DNA of 64,000 bases from Nannocystales bacterium. Lineage in GTDB: Bacteria > Myxococcota_A > Polyangia > Nannocystales > Nannocystaceae. Positions 37,894-48,099 of the stretch are shown here, piece by piece (the stretch's first letter is position 1; each line of letters begins with the position of its first letter). Location: assembly GCA_050633305.1 (NCBI GenBank), contig JBOEGF010000014.1, positions 331,436-395,435 of the forward strand, in the 5' to 3' direction. The translations under genes were made by a program, and so were the position numbers. Below the pieces are notes generated by a model that had not been told where the DNA came from, did no database searches, and worked only from the letters and a program-made list of their open reading frames with translations.

Positions 37894-40776
37894 ATGGGGG
37901 ATGTTCGCTATCGTCTCGGTCCCTCGATGGTGAGCCGAGACCCATCCCCGACTGCGGAGACGTTCGATGATTCGATGCCGGCGCCTCGTTCGCCCGAGTC
38001 GGGGCTCGAACTCGCCGACCGTCGCCGGGTGTCGCGGCTGGTGGCGTCCATGACTGGGCAGAAGGACCGACCCGAGCGGTTGGGGCGGTTCGAGGTCGAG
38101 GCGCTGCTTGGTGAAGGGGCGTTCGGGGAGGTCTACCTCGCGATCGACCCCGACCTCCGCCGTCCTCTCGCGCTCAAGTTGCTCAAGCAGAGCGCCAACG
38201 CGGACGCACTGGTCCGGTTGCGCAAAGAGGCGCAGGCCATGGCCGCGCTCGAACACGCCGACCTGATGACGGTCTACGAGATCGGCACGATCGGCGAGCG
38301 AGGCTTCATCGCGATGGAGCTGGCCGAGGGGGGCACCTTGGACGCGTGGGCGAGGGCCGAGCCGCGGTCGTTCTCCGAGATCGCGGGACAGGTCGAGATC
38401 GCGGCGCGGGGGTTGGCCGCTGCCCATGAGGCGGGCTTCGTGCATCGCGATGTGAAGCCTTCGAACATCCTCGTCGGTGCCGACGGTCGGGCGAAAGTGG
38501 CCGACTTCGGGTTGGTGCACGTGCAGCCAGTCGGTGGCGAGTTGGATGCGCGGGACTTGAAGACGACCCTGGCGGGGACCCCCGCATACATGGCACCAGA
38601 GCAGTTCGACGGGGCCGAGCCCACGGCGAAGGCCGACCAGTATGCGTTGGGCGTCACGCTGTTCGAGATGGTCTACGGGCGTCGCCCGGCGAAGCGGGCA
38701 CCCGCGCTCGAGGACATCGATGTCCCGAGCCACCGCGAACAGGTGCCGCGACGGGTCCCGGGTTGGCTGCGAGAAGCGCTGTACCGGGCACTCCGGTTCG
38801 ACGCTGGGCAACGCTTTGCGTCGATGGATGCATTCGCGGACGCGCTGGCATCCGGCGCGAGCCAAAAGCGGCGTCGCCTGCGAGGGGTTGCAGGGGTGGC
38901 TGCGCTGGCCGCGGCCGTGAGTACGGGATGGCTCATGCGCCCCGAGGCCGAAGCGGCCGTGCCCTGCGCGGACCAAGCCCGTGAGGTGATTGCCCGGAGC
39001 TGGACCGCGGTTCGCGGAGACACCCTGGCGGCTTCGATACGGGGGACCAACACCTCGTACGCGGGCGCTTTGGCGGATGCCACGCGTGCGCGGATCGACG
39101 CTCGGGCGACCGCGTGGGCCGAGGCATGGTCCGAGAACTGCGCGGATGAGCCGACCGCGGCCCGGACCGAAGAGGCCGCGTGCCTGCAGGGGCAACGACG
39201 GACCCTGGCGGCGTTGCTGGAGGCGCCGCTCAGCGCGGATTCTGTCGATACGTTGTCTGCGGCGCTGAGTGATGCCCTGGATCCGGATGCGTGTGTGCAG
39301 ACGGGCACTCGCCCCAACACGACCACCACCACGGACTCGGACAACCCACTGCGTACGCAGCTTCGGGAGGCCGAGGTGAGCCTGGCACGAGGCAATTTCT
39401 CCGAAGCCCGGTCCAGTGCTGATGCGGTGCTGCTCGCAGCGCAGGAGGCTGGACAAGCCCGGTTGATGGTGGACGCCGGGATGCTTGCGGCCCGGGCCTC
39501 CCTCGAGCAGGAGGATCCGGGCGAGGCCGAGACTCCTGCGAAGGATGCCCTCAACGCGGCGCTTTCGGTTGGACTCGACGTGCAGGCCAGCGATGCCGCC
39601 CTGTTGCTCGCTCGGGCGATGGCACAGCGCACCGAGCCACAGGAGGCGTTGCGCTGGGCGGAGCTCGCCGTGTCTTTGTCTGCACGTTCGGGTCGTTCGG
39701 TCCGCGCGCGGGCGGAGGCCCTCACGGTTCTGGCGCGCACCCTGGCCCTCGCGCGCAACATCCCAGAGGCGGCATCACGCTGCGACGAAGCGATGGCGTT
39801 GGCCGAGTCCGCCCCCGAAGGGCCGACGTCCCAATCGCGACTCGACTGCGGCCGGACCTGGGTGTCTGCAGGCCGTTTCGACGATGCCAAACCTCAGCTG
39901 GAAAAGGCGATCGATGGGTTGAAGATCCGGTTTGGTCCCGCGCACCCCGAGGTGGCGCTCGCGCTGCAAGTGTTGGCTGGCGTCTTCGACCAAGCGAGCC
40001 GGCCCCAAGAAGCGCTCGCGGCTGCGGACGAGGCGCTCGAGATTGTTCGCAACGCCTACGGCAACAAAGACCATCGCATCCTAACCGGGCTTGGCACCGC
40101 CTCGGGGATGTCGAATCGAGCTGGCGACTACGACCGGGCGCTTGCACTGGCCCTCGAAGCCGCGGGGGTCGCTCGACAGACGCTCCATCCTGGTGACCGC
40201 AAGTACAACTATGCGGTGTGCATGGCGGCAGGGTTCGCGATGGGGTTCGAGTGCGGAGACCAGACGCGGTCGCTGGCTGACGATTGTGTCGGTGGGGTCC
40301 GAAAGGCGGAGGGCGACACCCCCGTCGTTGAATTCTCGTCTCCGGTTGCCTCGGCGAACGCCCAGGGGTGGGTGTTCGCGGTGCTCGTCTACCAGTGCTT
40401 GGAGGACGCCGAGGCAGAGGCCGATGCTCGTGCGGGACTGACCCGCTATGTCGATGCCGACAACGTCTCCTTCGAGCTGCAAACCATGTCGCTCGCGATT
40501 CTTGCCAACGCCGATCTCGCCGCGGGAGACCCCGTGGGCGCGGAAAGCAAGATTCGCGATCTGCTGCTGCGGACCCGCGACACCCACGTGATCAAGCTCC
40601 GCGAGGGCATGTGGCGGACCACGTTGGTGCAGGCGCTGGCCGAGCAGGGGCGCCACAGCGAGGCCCGCGACGAGGTCACGCGCGCGATGGAGCTTCTGCG
40701 AGACGGGGACGAGGACGAGGAGAGCACGGGTCCGGAGCTGGAATGGTTGACCGAGTATCTGGCCGAAGAGCACTGA
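37894..40776 (+). CDS. Membrane Ser/Thr kinase with TPR array
   Basis: LGEGAFG, LALK, HRDVKPSN, DFG, GTPAYMAPE, a TM and TPRs. Start at 37894 or 37927. Confidence 0.93.
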   Translation: MGDVRYRLGPSMVSRDPSPTAETFDDSMPAPRSPESGLELADRRRVSRLVASMTGQKDRPERLGRFEVEALLGEGAFGEVYLAIDPDLRRPLALKLLKQSANADALVRLRKEAQAMAALEHADLMTVYEIGTIGERGFIAMELAEGGTLDAWARAEPRSFSEIAGQVEIAARGLAAAHEAGFVHRDVKPSNILVGADGRAKVADFGLVHVQPVGGELDARDLKTTLAGTPAYMAPEQFDGAEPTAKADQYALGVTLFEMVYGRRPAKRAPALEDIDVPSHREQVPRRVPGWLREALYRALRFDAGQRFASMDAFADALASGASQKRRRLRGVAGVAALAAAVSTGWLMRPEAEAAVPCADQAREVIARSWTAVRGDTLAASIRGTNTSYAGALADATRARIDARATAWAEAWSENCADEPTAARTEEAACLQGQRRTLAALLEAPLSADSVDTLSAALSDALDPDACVQTGTRPNTTTTTDSDNPLRTQLREAEVSLARGNFSEARSSADAVLLAAQEAGQARLMVDAGMLAARASLEQEDPGEAETPAKDALNAALSVGLDVQASDAALLLARAMAQRTEPQEALRWAELAVSLSARSGRSVRARAEALTVLARTLALARNIPEAASRCDEAMALAESAPEGPTSQSRLDCGRTWVSAGRFDDAKPQLEKAIDGLKIRFGPAHPEVALALQVLAGVFDQASRPQEALAAADEALEIVRNAYGNKDHRILTGLGTASGMSNRAGDYDRALALALEAAGVARQTLHPGDRKYNYAVCMAAGFAMGFECGDQTRSLADDCVGGVRKAEGDTPVVEFSSPVASANAQGWVFAVLVYQCLEDAEAEADARAGLTRYVDADNVSFELQTMSLAILANADLAAGDPVGAESKIRDLLLRTRDTHVIKLREGMWRTTLVQALAEQGRHSEARDEVTRAMELLRDGDEDEESTGPELEWLTEYLAEEH

Positions 40777-40792
40777 TGTACCCTCGCTCTCG

Positions 40793-41377
40793 GTGGAGGA
40801 CGCGGAACTGCTCGCAGCGTGGCGTGAGGGGGACACCTTGGCGGCGGATCAGCTCATTCGGAAACACTTCGCCGCCGTCCAGCGATTCTTCCGCAACAAG
40901 GCGTGGGGAGACTGCGAGGATCTGACGCAGACCACGTTCGAGCGATGTGTCGCGGGCCGGGACCGTTTCGAAGGCCGGAGCTCGTTCCGGACGTACCTCT
41001 TTTCGGTCGCGCGTTATGTGCTCTTCGAGCACTACCGCGGAAAGAAGGCCGGCGCGTTCGACCCCGCGCACAGCAGCGTCGTCGACCTCGATGCGAGCCC
41101 CAGCCAGATCGTTGCGGGCATTCAGTGGCAGCAGAGTTTTCTTGGGATGCTTCGCGAGATCCCAGTCGAGATGCAGGTGGTGCTCGAGCTGTACTACTGG
41201 GAGGGGCTGAGAACGCACGAGATCGCGGAGGTTGTCGATGCACCTCGCGGCACGGTGAAGAGCCGTCTGCACCATGCTCGATTGCAGCTCAAGAAGCGCT
41301 GTGAGCAGAGCGGGCTCGATGTGCAGCAGCCGTTGTCCCTGCCAGGGTGGGCGCGGGACCTCGAGTTTGCGGCCTGA
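40793..41377 (+). CDS. ECF sigma-70 factor
   Basis: DCEDLTQTTF, SSFRTYLFSVAR and LELYYWEGL...EIAEV...GTVKSRLHHAR. Confidence 0.95.
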   Translation: MEDAELLAAWREGDTLAADQLIRKHFAAVQRFFRNKAWGDCEDLTQTTFERCVAGRDRFEGRSSFRTYLFSVARYVLFEHYRGKKAGAFDPAHSSVVDLDASPSQIVAGIQWQQSFLGMLREIPVEMQVVLELYYWEGLRTHEIAEVVDAPRGTVKSRLHHARLQLKKRCEQSGLDVQQPLSLPGWARDLEFAA

Positions 41378-41461
41378 CCGTACCCGCGACATGAAGAACG
41401 CTCATGATGGCAGGAAGAGTCCACATTGGATTCATGCCGGCCGGGGCGACACGCTGATCGC

Positions 41462-41935
41462 ATGCAGATGACGATCTGGGTCACGGCCTTTGCTTGCGCG
41501 ATCATGGCAGGGACCTACTTCGCGTTCTCGAGCTTTGTCATGAACTCATTGGCCGTCCTCCCGCGAGCGCAGGGCATCGCGGCGATGCAGTCGATCAACC
41601 GGGTGATCCTTTCATCGAGTTTCATGGTGTTGTTCTTTGGCTCTGCGGCGGCGAGCCTGGGACTCGGGGTCTGGGGCATCCGCGGTTGGGGAGACCCGGG
41701 CTCGATGTACCTCGTCGGCGGGAGTCTGCTGTACGTGGTGGGGATGGTCGTGTGCACCGCGGCGTTCAACGTTCCCCTCAACGACGGCCTGGAGGCGCTG
41801 GACCCTGCAGGGACCGCCGCGGTCGAGGTCTGGGCCACCTATTTGCGCGACTGGACGCGCTACAACCACGTGCGGACGTTCTTCTCGGCAGCCGCGAGCG
41901 CGGTGTTTGTGACCGCTGCATGGGTGGCTCGTTGA
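41462..41935 (+). CDS. DUF1772/anthrone oxygenase family membrane protein
   Basis: AGTYFAFSSFVM, GIAAMQSIN, NVPLN and WTRYNHVRT. Confidence 0.9.
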   Translation: MQMTIWVTAFACAIMAGTYFAFSSFVMNSLAVLPRAQGIAAMQSINRVILSSSFMVLFFGSAAASLGLGVWGIRGWGDPGSMYLVGGSLLYVVGMVVCTAAFNVPLNDGLEALDPAGTAAVEVWATYLRDWTRYNHVRTFFSAAASAVFVTAAWVAR

Positions 41936-41963
41936 GGCGGCGGCGAGTTGCTACTGTGCGGCC

Positions 41964-43868
41964 GTGATTCGCTCCTCCCTCTCGAAGATGGTCTGCGGTG
42001 CGATTGCGATCGCGCTTGCGATCCCGGCCTGCAAGTCACCCGAGCCCTCCGCGCCCTCCAAAGAGAAGGCGCGGGACGGTGAGCCCGAAGTCATCGCGAA
42101 ACCGGTGCTGATGGAGGCAGCGAAAGCCCTGCCGCAGGCCCCCGCGGCGAAGGGGGGGGAGCCCAGTGTCGAGTATGCCGCGGCGCTCGAACCCCTGTTG
42201 GACTTGGTCCCGGGCGCGGACGACCATTACGTTGCGCTGAGAGATCCGGCGGCGGTGTTGCGCCTGTTCGACGCCTTCGTAGGCACGGCGGCACCGTCCG
42301 TCCTCAAGCGCTTCGAAGGAGAGGCAAGTGTGGACGAGGCGCAGGTGGTCTTGGAGGAAATCTCCAAGCTCCGCGACGCCTTGATCGAGGCCAAGGTCGA
42401 CATGGACAAGGGGGTTCTGTTCCTCGAGGGTCCGGGGGTTTTGGTGTACGGGATCGCGTCCGAGGACCCCAGCGCGATCAAGGTGGCGTTGAAGGCCGTG
42501 GGCGTCGAGGACACGGACCTCCCGCCGACGTGCGTAGCGCCGGCCGCGATGCCCGGTTTCGCCGCGTGCGGGGAAGATGAAGCCGTGCTGAAAGCCCTGA
42601 CGCCTGGCAAGCATGGCGCGGCTTACACAGAAGCCTTTCGCGATCGCTTGAAGGGGTTCGACGTCGAACACGGCAATGCGTTGTTTCGTCTGGAGGGGCC
42701 GAAGGGCGCGGTCCTGGCCGCGGCCTCCACCCCGCCCGGGCGCATGCACATCGTGGTCAGCTTGGCCGACGTCGCCGAGGAACTCGGCAAGTACCTCGTC
42801 GCTGCCAAGCCGGACGCGCTCGGGATGTTGAGCCCCGGGGCCGCGTTCATCTGGGGCAAGGTGTCTCTGGACGCGTTTGCGGAGCAGCTCGGTCAGGTGC
42901 CAGGTCCGGTCAAGAACGTGGCCGAGACGCTCACCGGGGAGATGCTCGTGGGTGGTGCGAAGGGGACAGCTGGTGCGGTGTTGGTCGGTGTCAACGACCC
43001 GTTCCCGGCCTCCGGCCTGGTCTCCCTCGCCGCACTTCAGGCGGACACGCTGAAGGCCGAGCTTCCCCCGGGTTCCACGGTGAAGGTGGAGCCCGTCGAC
43101 GTGGGCGGGAGCACCACGCAGGCGCTTCACATCAAGGTTGCCATCGACGAATCCGGCCAGAAGATGGTCGATGCGCTCAAGCTCGAGCCCAGCGCGTACG
43201 GGTTCTCGGCGGGGCAGTATGCGGGCGCGGTCCTCGGAGCAGGCGAGGATGCGGTCAAGACGGTCGCGAACTACAAGCCCGGGGTCGCCTCGATGGACGG
43301 TGTCCCCGGAAACCTTGCGGCAGCCCTTCGCTCTGGCGAGACCGCCGTCGCGTTCTATCTTCCCTTCGATGCGCTGCAAGCATCCGTGGTGCGCGAGACC
43401 CTTCAGGCGGCGGTCGCTTCGGCACCCGGGGCGGAGATCGCCGACCCGAAGCTCATCTCCGCGGCCTATGACGCGGTCAGTCCTCTGTCGTCTTTGTCGA
43501 TGTGGCTGACGCATCCGGAGAAGGAGCGCGTGCTTCACGTCTCGGTTGAGTCCTTTGCAGATGCCACCACGGACGAAGGGAAGGCTGCGTTGCTTGCCTT
43601 GGGCAAGGTCATCGCCGGGGCCGACTCCGCTGAGACCTATGGGGCGCTTGTTTCGAGCTATCCGTCCTCATCGCGTGCACTCCGGTACAAGGTCCGCGCG
43701 GGCCAAGTCGAAGGGGGAGTGGGTCCGGTCGCGATGTCGGCGAGCTTCCTCCTGGGATTGGTCGCTGGGGTTACGGTCCCTGCGTTCATCAAGTACGTCG
43801 AGCGCAGTCGTGCCGCCGGGGAGGAAGCCGCGGCGGTCCGAGAAGCGATGCGCCCACCAGCCGAGTAG
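41964..43868 (+). CDS. Hypothetical lipoprotein with C-terminal pilin-like hydrophobic helix
   Basis: Lipobox IPAC; C-terminal FLLGLVAGVTVPAFIKYVERSR. Confidence 0.8.
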   Translation: MIRSSLSKMVCGAIAIALAIPACKSPEPSAPSKEKARDGEPEVIAKPVLMEAAKALPQAPAAKGGEPSVEYAAALEPLLDLVPGADDHYVALRDPAAVLRLFDAFVGTAAPSVLKRFEGEASVDEAQVVLEEISKLRDALIEAKVDMDKGVLFLEGPGVLVYGIASEDPSAIKVALKAVGVEDTDLPPTCVAPAAMPGFAACGEDEAVLKALTPGKHGAAYTEAFRDRLKGFDVEHGNALFRLEGPKGAVLAAASTPPGRMHIVVSLADVAEELGKYLVAAKPDALGMLSPGAAFIWGKVSLDAFAEQLGQVPGPVKNVAETLTGEMLVGGAKGTAGAVLVGVNDPFPASGLVSLAALQADTLKAELPPGSTVKVEPVDVGGSTTQALHIKVAIDESGQKMVDALKLEPSAYGFSAGQYAGAVLGAGEDAVKTVANYKPGVASMDGVPGNLAAALRSGETAVAFYLPFDALQASVVRETLQAAVASAPGAEIADPKLISAAYDAVSPLSSLSMWLTHPEKERVLHVSVESFADATTDEGKAALLALGKVIAGADSAETYGALVSSYPSSSRALRYKVRAGQVEGGVGPVAMSASFLLGLVAGVTVPAFIKYVERSRAAGEEAAAVREAMRPPAE

Positions 43869-43874
43869 TTCGCC

Positions 43875-45026
43875 ATGTCCGATCGTCAGTTCGACACTCA
43901 GTTGATTCACGCAGGTGAGCCCGAGCCCCGGATCGAGGGCGCGGTCTCCATGCCGATCTTTCAAACCTCCACGTTCGAGAGCGGGGAGGCTGGGGCGGAA
44001 CATGAGCTTCGCTACTTGCGCCTGAACAACTCGCCCAACCATCTGGCTCTACACGCCAAGCTCGCGGCAATCGAAGGAGCCGAGGCCGCTGTGGTCACGG
44101 CCAGCGGCATGGCAGCGATCTCGACAGCACTGCTTTCGGTGCTCAGGCCAGGCGACCATGTCGTCGCTCAGTCCACGCTCTATGGCGGGACACATTCGTT
44201 GTTCATGGAGGACTTGGCGGCGCTCGGCATCGAGGTCTCACTCTTCGCGTGCGACTCGGCCGCACAGGCAGAGGCGGCGATTCGCCCGAACACGAAGGTG
44301 CTGTACTGCGAGTCTCTCGCCAACCCCCTGGTTCAGCTTGCCACGCTCCCAGAGCTCGCAGCGTTGGCGGCAAAACACGGCTTGGTCTCGATGGTGGACA
44401 ACACTTTTGCGAGCCCGGTCAATCTTCGTCCGGTCGAGTTCGGGTTCGACCTGGTGTTGCATTCTGCAACGAAGTACCTCAACGGGCATTCAGACTTGGT
44501 CGCGGGAGCCATCGCGGGTCGTGGCGCTCTCGTCGACCTCGCGCATCGAAAACTCGATCATCTGGGCGCATGTCTCGACCCCCACGCGTGCTTCTTGCTG
44601 CATCGCGGGTTGAAGACACTCGGCGTTCGTGTGCGCCACCAAAATGCGTCCGCGCTGGTGCTCGCTGAGGCCCTCGAGGAGCACCCGAATGTGGCCCGTG
44701 TGCACTATCCGGGGCTGAAGTCGCATCCGCACCACGTTCGCGCCTGCGAGCAGCTACAGGGGTTTGGCGGCATGCTCAGCTTCGAGGTCGAGGGTGGTGG
44801 TGAGGCCGCGACACGGCTGGTCCGAGGGCTCTCGCTGGCCGTCAACGCGCCCAGCCTTGGGGGACCGGAGACGCTGGTGACGAGGCCTTGCGAGACGTCG
44901 CACAAGGGAATGACGGCGCGTGATCGGGAAGCCGCCGGCGTTGGCGAGGCGCTCATTCGAGTGTCGGTCGGGCTCGAAGATCCTCAGGACATTGTGTCCG
45001 ATTTTGTCGCGACCCTGGGAGCGTGA
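43875..45026 (+). CDS. Cys/Met metabolism PLP enzyme (cystathionine gamma-synthase/lyase or methionine gamma-lyase family)
   Basis: PIFQTSTF, ASGMAAI, VDNTFASP, HSATKYLNGHSD, SLGG.ETL and RVSVGLED. Confidence 0.95.
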   Translation: MSDRQFDTQLIHAGEPEPRIEGAVSMPIFQTSTFESGEAGAEHELRYLRLNNSPNHLALHAKLAAIEGAEAAVVTASGMAAISTALLSVLRPGDHVVAQSTLYGGTHSLFMEDLAALGIEVSLFACDSAAQAEAAIRPNTKVLYCESLANPLVQLATLPELAALAAKHGLVSMVDNTFASPVNLRPVEFGFDLVLHSATKYLNGHSDLVAGAIAGRGALVDLAHRKLDHLGACLDPHACFLLHRGLKTLGVRVRHQNASALVLAEALEEHPNVARVHYPGLKSHPHHVRACEQLQGFGGMLSFEVEGGGEAATRLVRGLSLAVNAPSLGGPETLVTRPCETSHKGMTARDREAAGVGEALIRVSVGLEDPQDIVSDFVATLGA

Positions 45027-45122
45027 CGGGAATCTCAGCTGTGTCCGCGCCGATGGTGCGCCGTGACACAGGACCCCTCGTTGGGTGCTTGGACTTCGGT
45101 CAGTCCCGGCCTAAAAAGCCGC

Positions 45123-45650
45123 ATGCGATCTCGACGACTGGTTCTCGGCACCCTGGTCTCACTTCTTGCGTTGCCAGCTCCGGGCTGTGGCTTGTTCCGC
45201 GGGCGTCGGGGCAAGGGGGAGACGAGCGTCTCTACCAGTGTGTCGGTGGCGCAGACGGGGCGGGACATCAACACGCTGACCCGAGATGAATACGAAGTCC
45301 TCGGCAGCACCGCCGGAGAATCGAAGGCCACGCGATGGTTCTTCTTGTCGCTGCCCGTGGGCGGGCAGACCAGCGCCGCTGAAGTCGAGGAAAACGCGTA
45401 CTACAACGCCGTTGGCAAGGTCACCGGATGCGACGCACTGCTGATGGCGCACCCGAAGCATCGGCGCGTGATCGTGCCGCTGCTGATCATCAACGTGGTC
45501 CGCTACGAGGCGTCGGTCCGCGGGCGTTGTGTCTCGCTCAAGAACGACCCCCAGATCGCTGGTGACGCGCCACCGACCCGTGAGGTGTCGAAGGTGGAGG
45601 CGGCGGCACCCGTGCAGCCAGCGGCACCCGTGCAACCGGCCGAGCCCTAG
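45123..45650 (+). CDS. Hypothetical lipoprotein
   Basis: Lipobox APGC; YEVLG...GESKA...AYYNAV...DAL pattern. Confidence 0.75.
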   Translation: MRSRRLVLGTLVSLLALPAPGCGLFRGRRGKGETSVSTSVSVAQTGRDINTLTRDEYEVLGSTAGESKATRWFFLSLPVGGQTSAAEVEENAYYNAVGKVTGCDALLMAHPKHRRVIVPLLIINVVRYEASVRGRCVSLKNDPQIAGDAPPTREVSKVEAAAPVQPAAPVQPAEP

Positions 45651-45701
45651 ACTGGGGGCTGAGCGTGGAATGAGCGGCTTGCTCGGTGCGTCATCTTGTC
45701 G

Positions 45702-46625
45702 ATGCGACGAACCGCTCTCATCTTGGCTGTCCTTGGATGCGGGTGTACGGAAGCTCTGACGGCCGAAGAACTCGCGTTCCACGAGGCTGAGGCGGACTAC
45801 GGCGCGGTGGAGTTCGTGCCCGATGTCGCCGTCGAACTCGAAGCCGGCCCGCCTGCGCCACGGGTGCTCGAGCGCGGGCCTGTCCATATCGAGATCTCGT
45901 CGTACCGGTTTGATGAGGACCCCACGTGGGCTGATGGAACCGCGCGCTGTCCATTCGATGTCCGCGCCGTGGGCTTGCCCGCGATCCGTGAAGATGGACA
46001 GTCGATCGCAACCCTCAGCAGTGAGACCTCCGGGCCGTCCGAGGGGGAGGACGAACTCGTCTCGTTCCGGGTGTTCGACATTGAGACTGAGGAATTCTCC
46101 GAGGACCAATCGCTCGTCGAGGGATCAGGGGACCGCAAACCCTACGACTGTTGGCGTTGGTACAAAGCTGCCAAGGCGAGCGCCGCGGAGGTCAACGACA
46201 CGCTGGCACAGGGGTGGCGACCCATGCATCCGCTCCCTGTGGAGGTCGATCCTCGTCTTGCGCCGTATGGGGACGATGGCCGCACCTCGCAGCGCCCATC
46301 GCCCCACTCGCGCCCCGTGCAGTTGACAGTGTTGCAGGGCCAGGCCGTCTTCCGGGTGCCGGGTGTGAAGGTGCTCTCCCGGAACGAGGATAGATGGCCG
46401 CGGCCGCAGGATGACGCTCCGGACGAGGGAATGTGCTGGTACCACGGCCCCAACCCCGAGGAGATTTTCGCGGATGCCGAGACCGGCGTTGCACTCGTCT
46501 CGGTTCGCTACGAGTCGGGTCCCTGCATGTGCGACTCGCCGGTCTACAGCGAGGTCATTCACATCGATGCGGCGACGCTCTCCGAGATCGATTCGCGGGC
46601 CCAGTGGGTGTCGAGCGAAGGCTGA
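45702..46625 (+). CDS. Hypothetical lipoprotein
   Basis: MRRTALILAVLGCGC leader and a long ORF filling the gap between neighbours. Confidence 0.75.
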   Translation: MRRTALILAVLGCGCTEALTAEELAFHEAEADYGAVEFVPDVAVELEAGPPAPRVLERGPVHIEISSYRFDEDPTWADGTARCPFDVRAVGLPAIREDGQSIATLSSETSGPSEGEDELVSFRVFDIETEEFSEDQSLVEGSGDRKPYDCWRWYKAAKASAAEVNDTLAQGWRPMHPLPVEVDPRLAPYGDDGRTSQRPSPHSRPVQLTVLQGQAVFRVPGVKVLSRNEDRWPRPQDDAPDEGMCWYHGPNPEEIFADAETGVALVSVRYESGPCMCDSPVYSEVIHIDAATLSEIDSRAQWVSSEG

Positions 46626-46628
46626 GCG

Positions 46629-47276
46629 TCACGGGTCGGGGGTCGTGCAGGCATCGTCGGTTTGCGACCCAAAGAGTCCCGAGCGGAGGAAGAGGTCGAG
46701 ACGGTCGACCGTCGAGAGTCCCAGGAGCTTGGCGTCGTTCCTCGATACGAGACACGGGATACGGTTGAACTGTGCCGCCCGCCATTCGGCGGTCCATCCC
46801 GATGCGTGTGCCGCGTAGGCCGAGCCGTTCAGCGTCTCTCGAATCCCACACGCGGACGCGAGCCCACCGAGGACTGCGCCGTCGGCGATGTTGCGACCCT
46901 CGAGCCACAGCGCACGGAAAACAGCGAGGCGCAACTGGTCGGCAGCGGCGGGAGCGATGTGGCTTGCTGCGATGCACGCCCGAATCGCGGGTCCGCTTTG
47001 CGGGCGAAACGGTGGTTTCCGAATCGGGACGTCGGGCGCCCGTACGACCAGCGCTGCGAGTTCCTGCGCGAGTTCTTGCTGCTCCTGTTCTGTCGCCTCT
47101 TCGAGCGTTGCCGGGAGTTCAGGTGCGTGTTCCACGAGGCGCCACTCCACGCGGGCATCGGCCGTACGCGTGGTCAGCCGCTCTTCGAGCGCGTAGCAGA
47201 AAGGACAGTTGAAGTCTCCGTACGCCACCAGCGGCCGAACATCGGCGGCAGGGAAGGGGCTCGGAGGTTCTTCCAT
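46629..47276 (-). CDS. DsbA/FrnE-like dithiol oxidoreductase
   Basis: YGDFNCPFCY and FRALWLEGRNIAD. Confidence 0.85.
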   Translation of the reverse strand: MEEPPSPFPAADVRPLVAYGDFNCPFCYALEERLTTRTADARVEWRLVEHAPELPATLEEATEQEQQELAQELAALVVRAPDVPIRKPPFRPQSGPAIRACIAASHIAPAAADQLRLAVFRALWLEGRNIADGAVLGGLASACGIRETLNGSAYAAHASGWTAEWRAAQFNRIPCLVSRNDAKLLGLSTVDRLDLFLRSGLFGSQTDDACTTPDP

Positions 47277-47324
47277 CCCGCGAGCTTAGCTGAGAACGTT
47301 CGGGACCGACAGGCGAACAGGTGC

Positions 47325-48041
47325 TCAAGATGCCGAGGCGAGCACGCGTTGCCGCATCATCGGGGCGAGGGCTTCTGCGAGCCGCGCTTTCGCGTCGCGG
47401 TCGACCACGCGTCCGTGGGCCATGATGACGCGCTCGATCGGCCACTGCAGCATCTGTTCAACACTGTTCGACGCAGCGTCCGCATCCTTGATCGCGCGGC
47501 GAAGCAGACGGCTCTGGGCGAAGCGACGGTAGGCGCCGGCCATTCGGAAAACCCACGGCGAGATCCAGCCGCGGACATCATGAACGTTGAACACGAGGTC
47601 GGTGACCACCAGGCTCTTCGTGGCGGCGTGGAAGAACACGGTCTCGGTCGCCCACGGGATCCCCTGGATCTGAAGGGGCGCGAATTCCGTTGCCCACGGA
47701 GGCGTCGTGTCGCCGAGCGTGCGCTCGAAGCGGACGTCTGTTCGCTTCTTTGCGAGGCCCCGGACGCCCCAGACAGTTGCCATCGGGTACCGTTCGATGA
47801 CAGGTCCGAGATGCGTGTGGTGCAGGAGGTTGGGCGCGACGATGTGCTCGACGGGGCCGAGCGCCGCGAGTTCGGCAGCGAGTGTGTCGTCGATTGGAAC
47901 GACGGAGTGTAGGAGCAGCCCTCCCGACTCCAGCCGCACCACGGTCATCCGTCCCCGAAAGTGAACGACGCCGTTCATGAAGTGGTCGTGCTCGGCTCCC
48001 CAGAGACCCTCCGCCAGCGGTTCTAGACCTGTCTTGTCCAT
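47325..48041 (-). CDS. DUF4336 family protein (metallo-beta-lactamase-like)
   Basis: RMTVVRL..GGLLLHS, IVAPNLLHH, ETVFFH..TKSLVVTDL and IMAHG. Confidence 0.88.
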   Translation of the reverse strand: MDKTGLEPLAEGLWGAEHDHFMNGVVHFRGRMTVVRLESGGLLLHSVVPIDDTLAAELAALGPVEHIVAPNLLHHTHLGPVIERYPMATVWGVRGLAKKRTDVRFERTLGDTTPPWATEFAPLQIQGIPWATETVFFHAATKSLVVTDLVFNVHDVRGWISPWVFRMAGAYRRFAQSRLLRRAIKDADAASNSVEQMLQWPIERVIMAHGRVVDRDAKARLAEALAPMMRQRVLASAS

Positions 48042-48050
48042 CTCGAGAGG

Positions 48051-48092
48051 TAGTCAAGCATGCTTGACTAAATAGTCAAGTCTGGTTGACCA
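48051..48092. promoter_or_regulatory. Tandem palindromic operators GTCAA-N6-TTGAC between divergent DUF4336 and MarR genes
   Basis: Perfect 20-bp palindrome TAGTCAAGCATGCTTGACTA (48051-48070) and a second copy TAGTCAAGTCTGGTTGACCA (48073-48092). Confidence 0.85.
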
Positions 48093-48099
48093 TGTTGTT

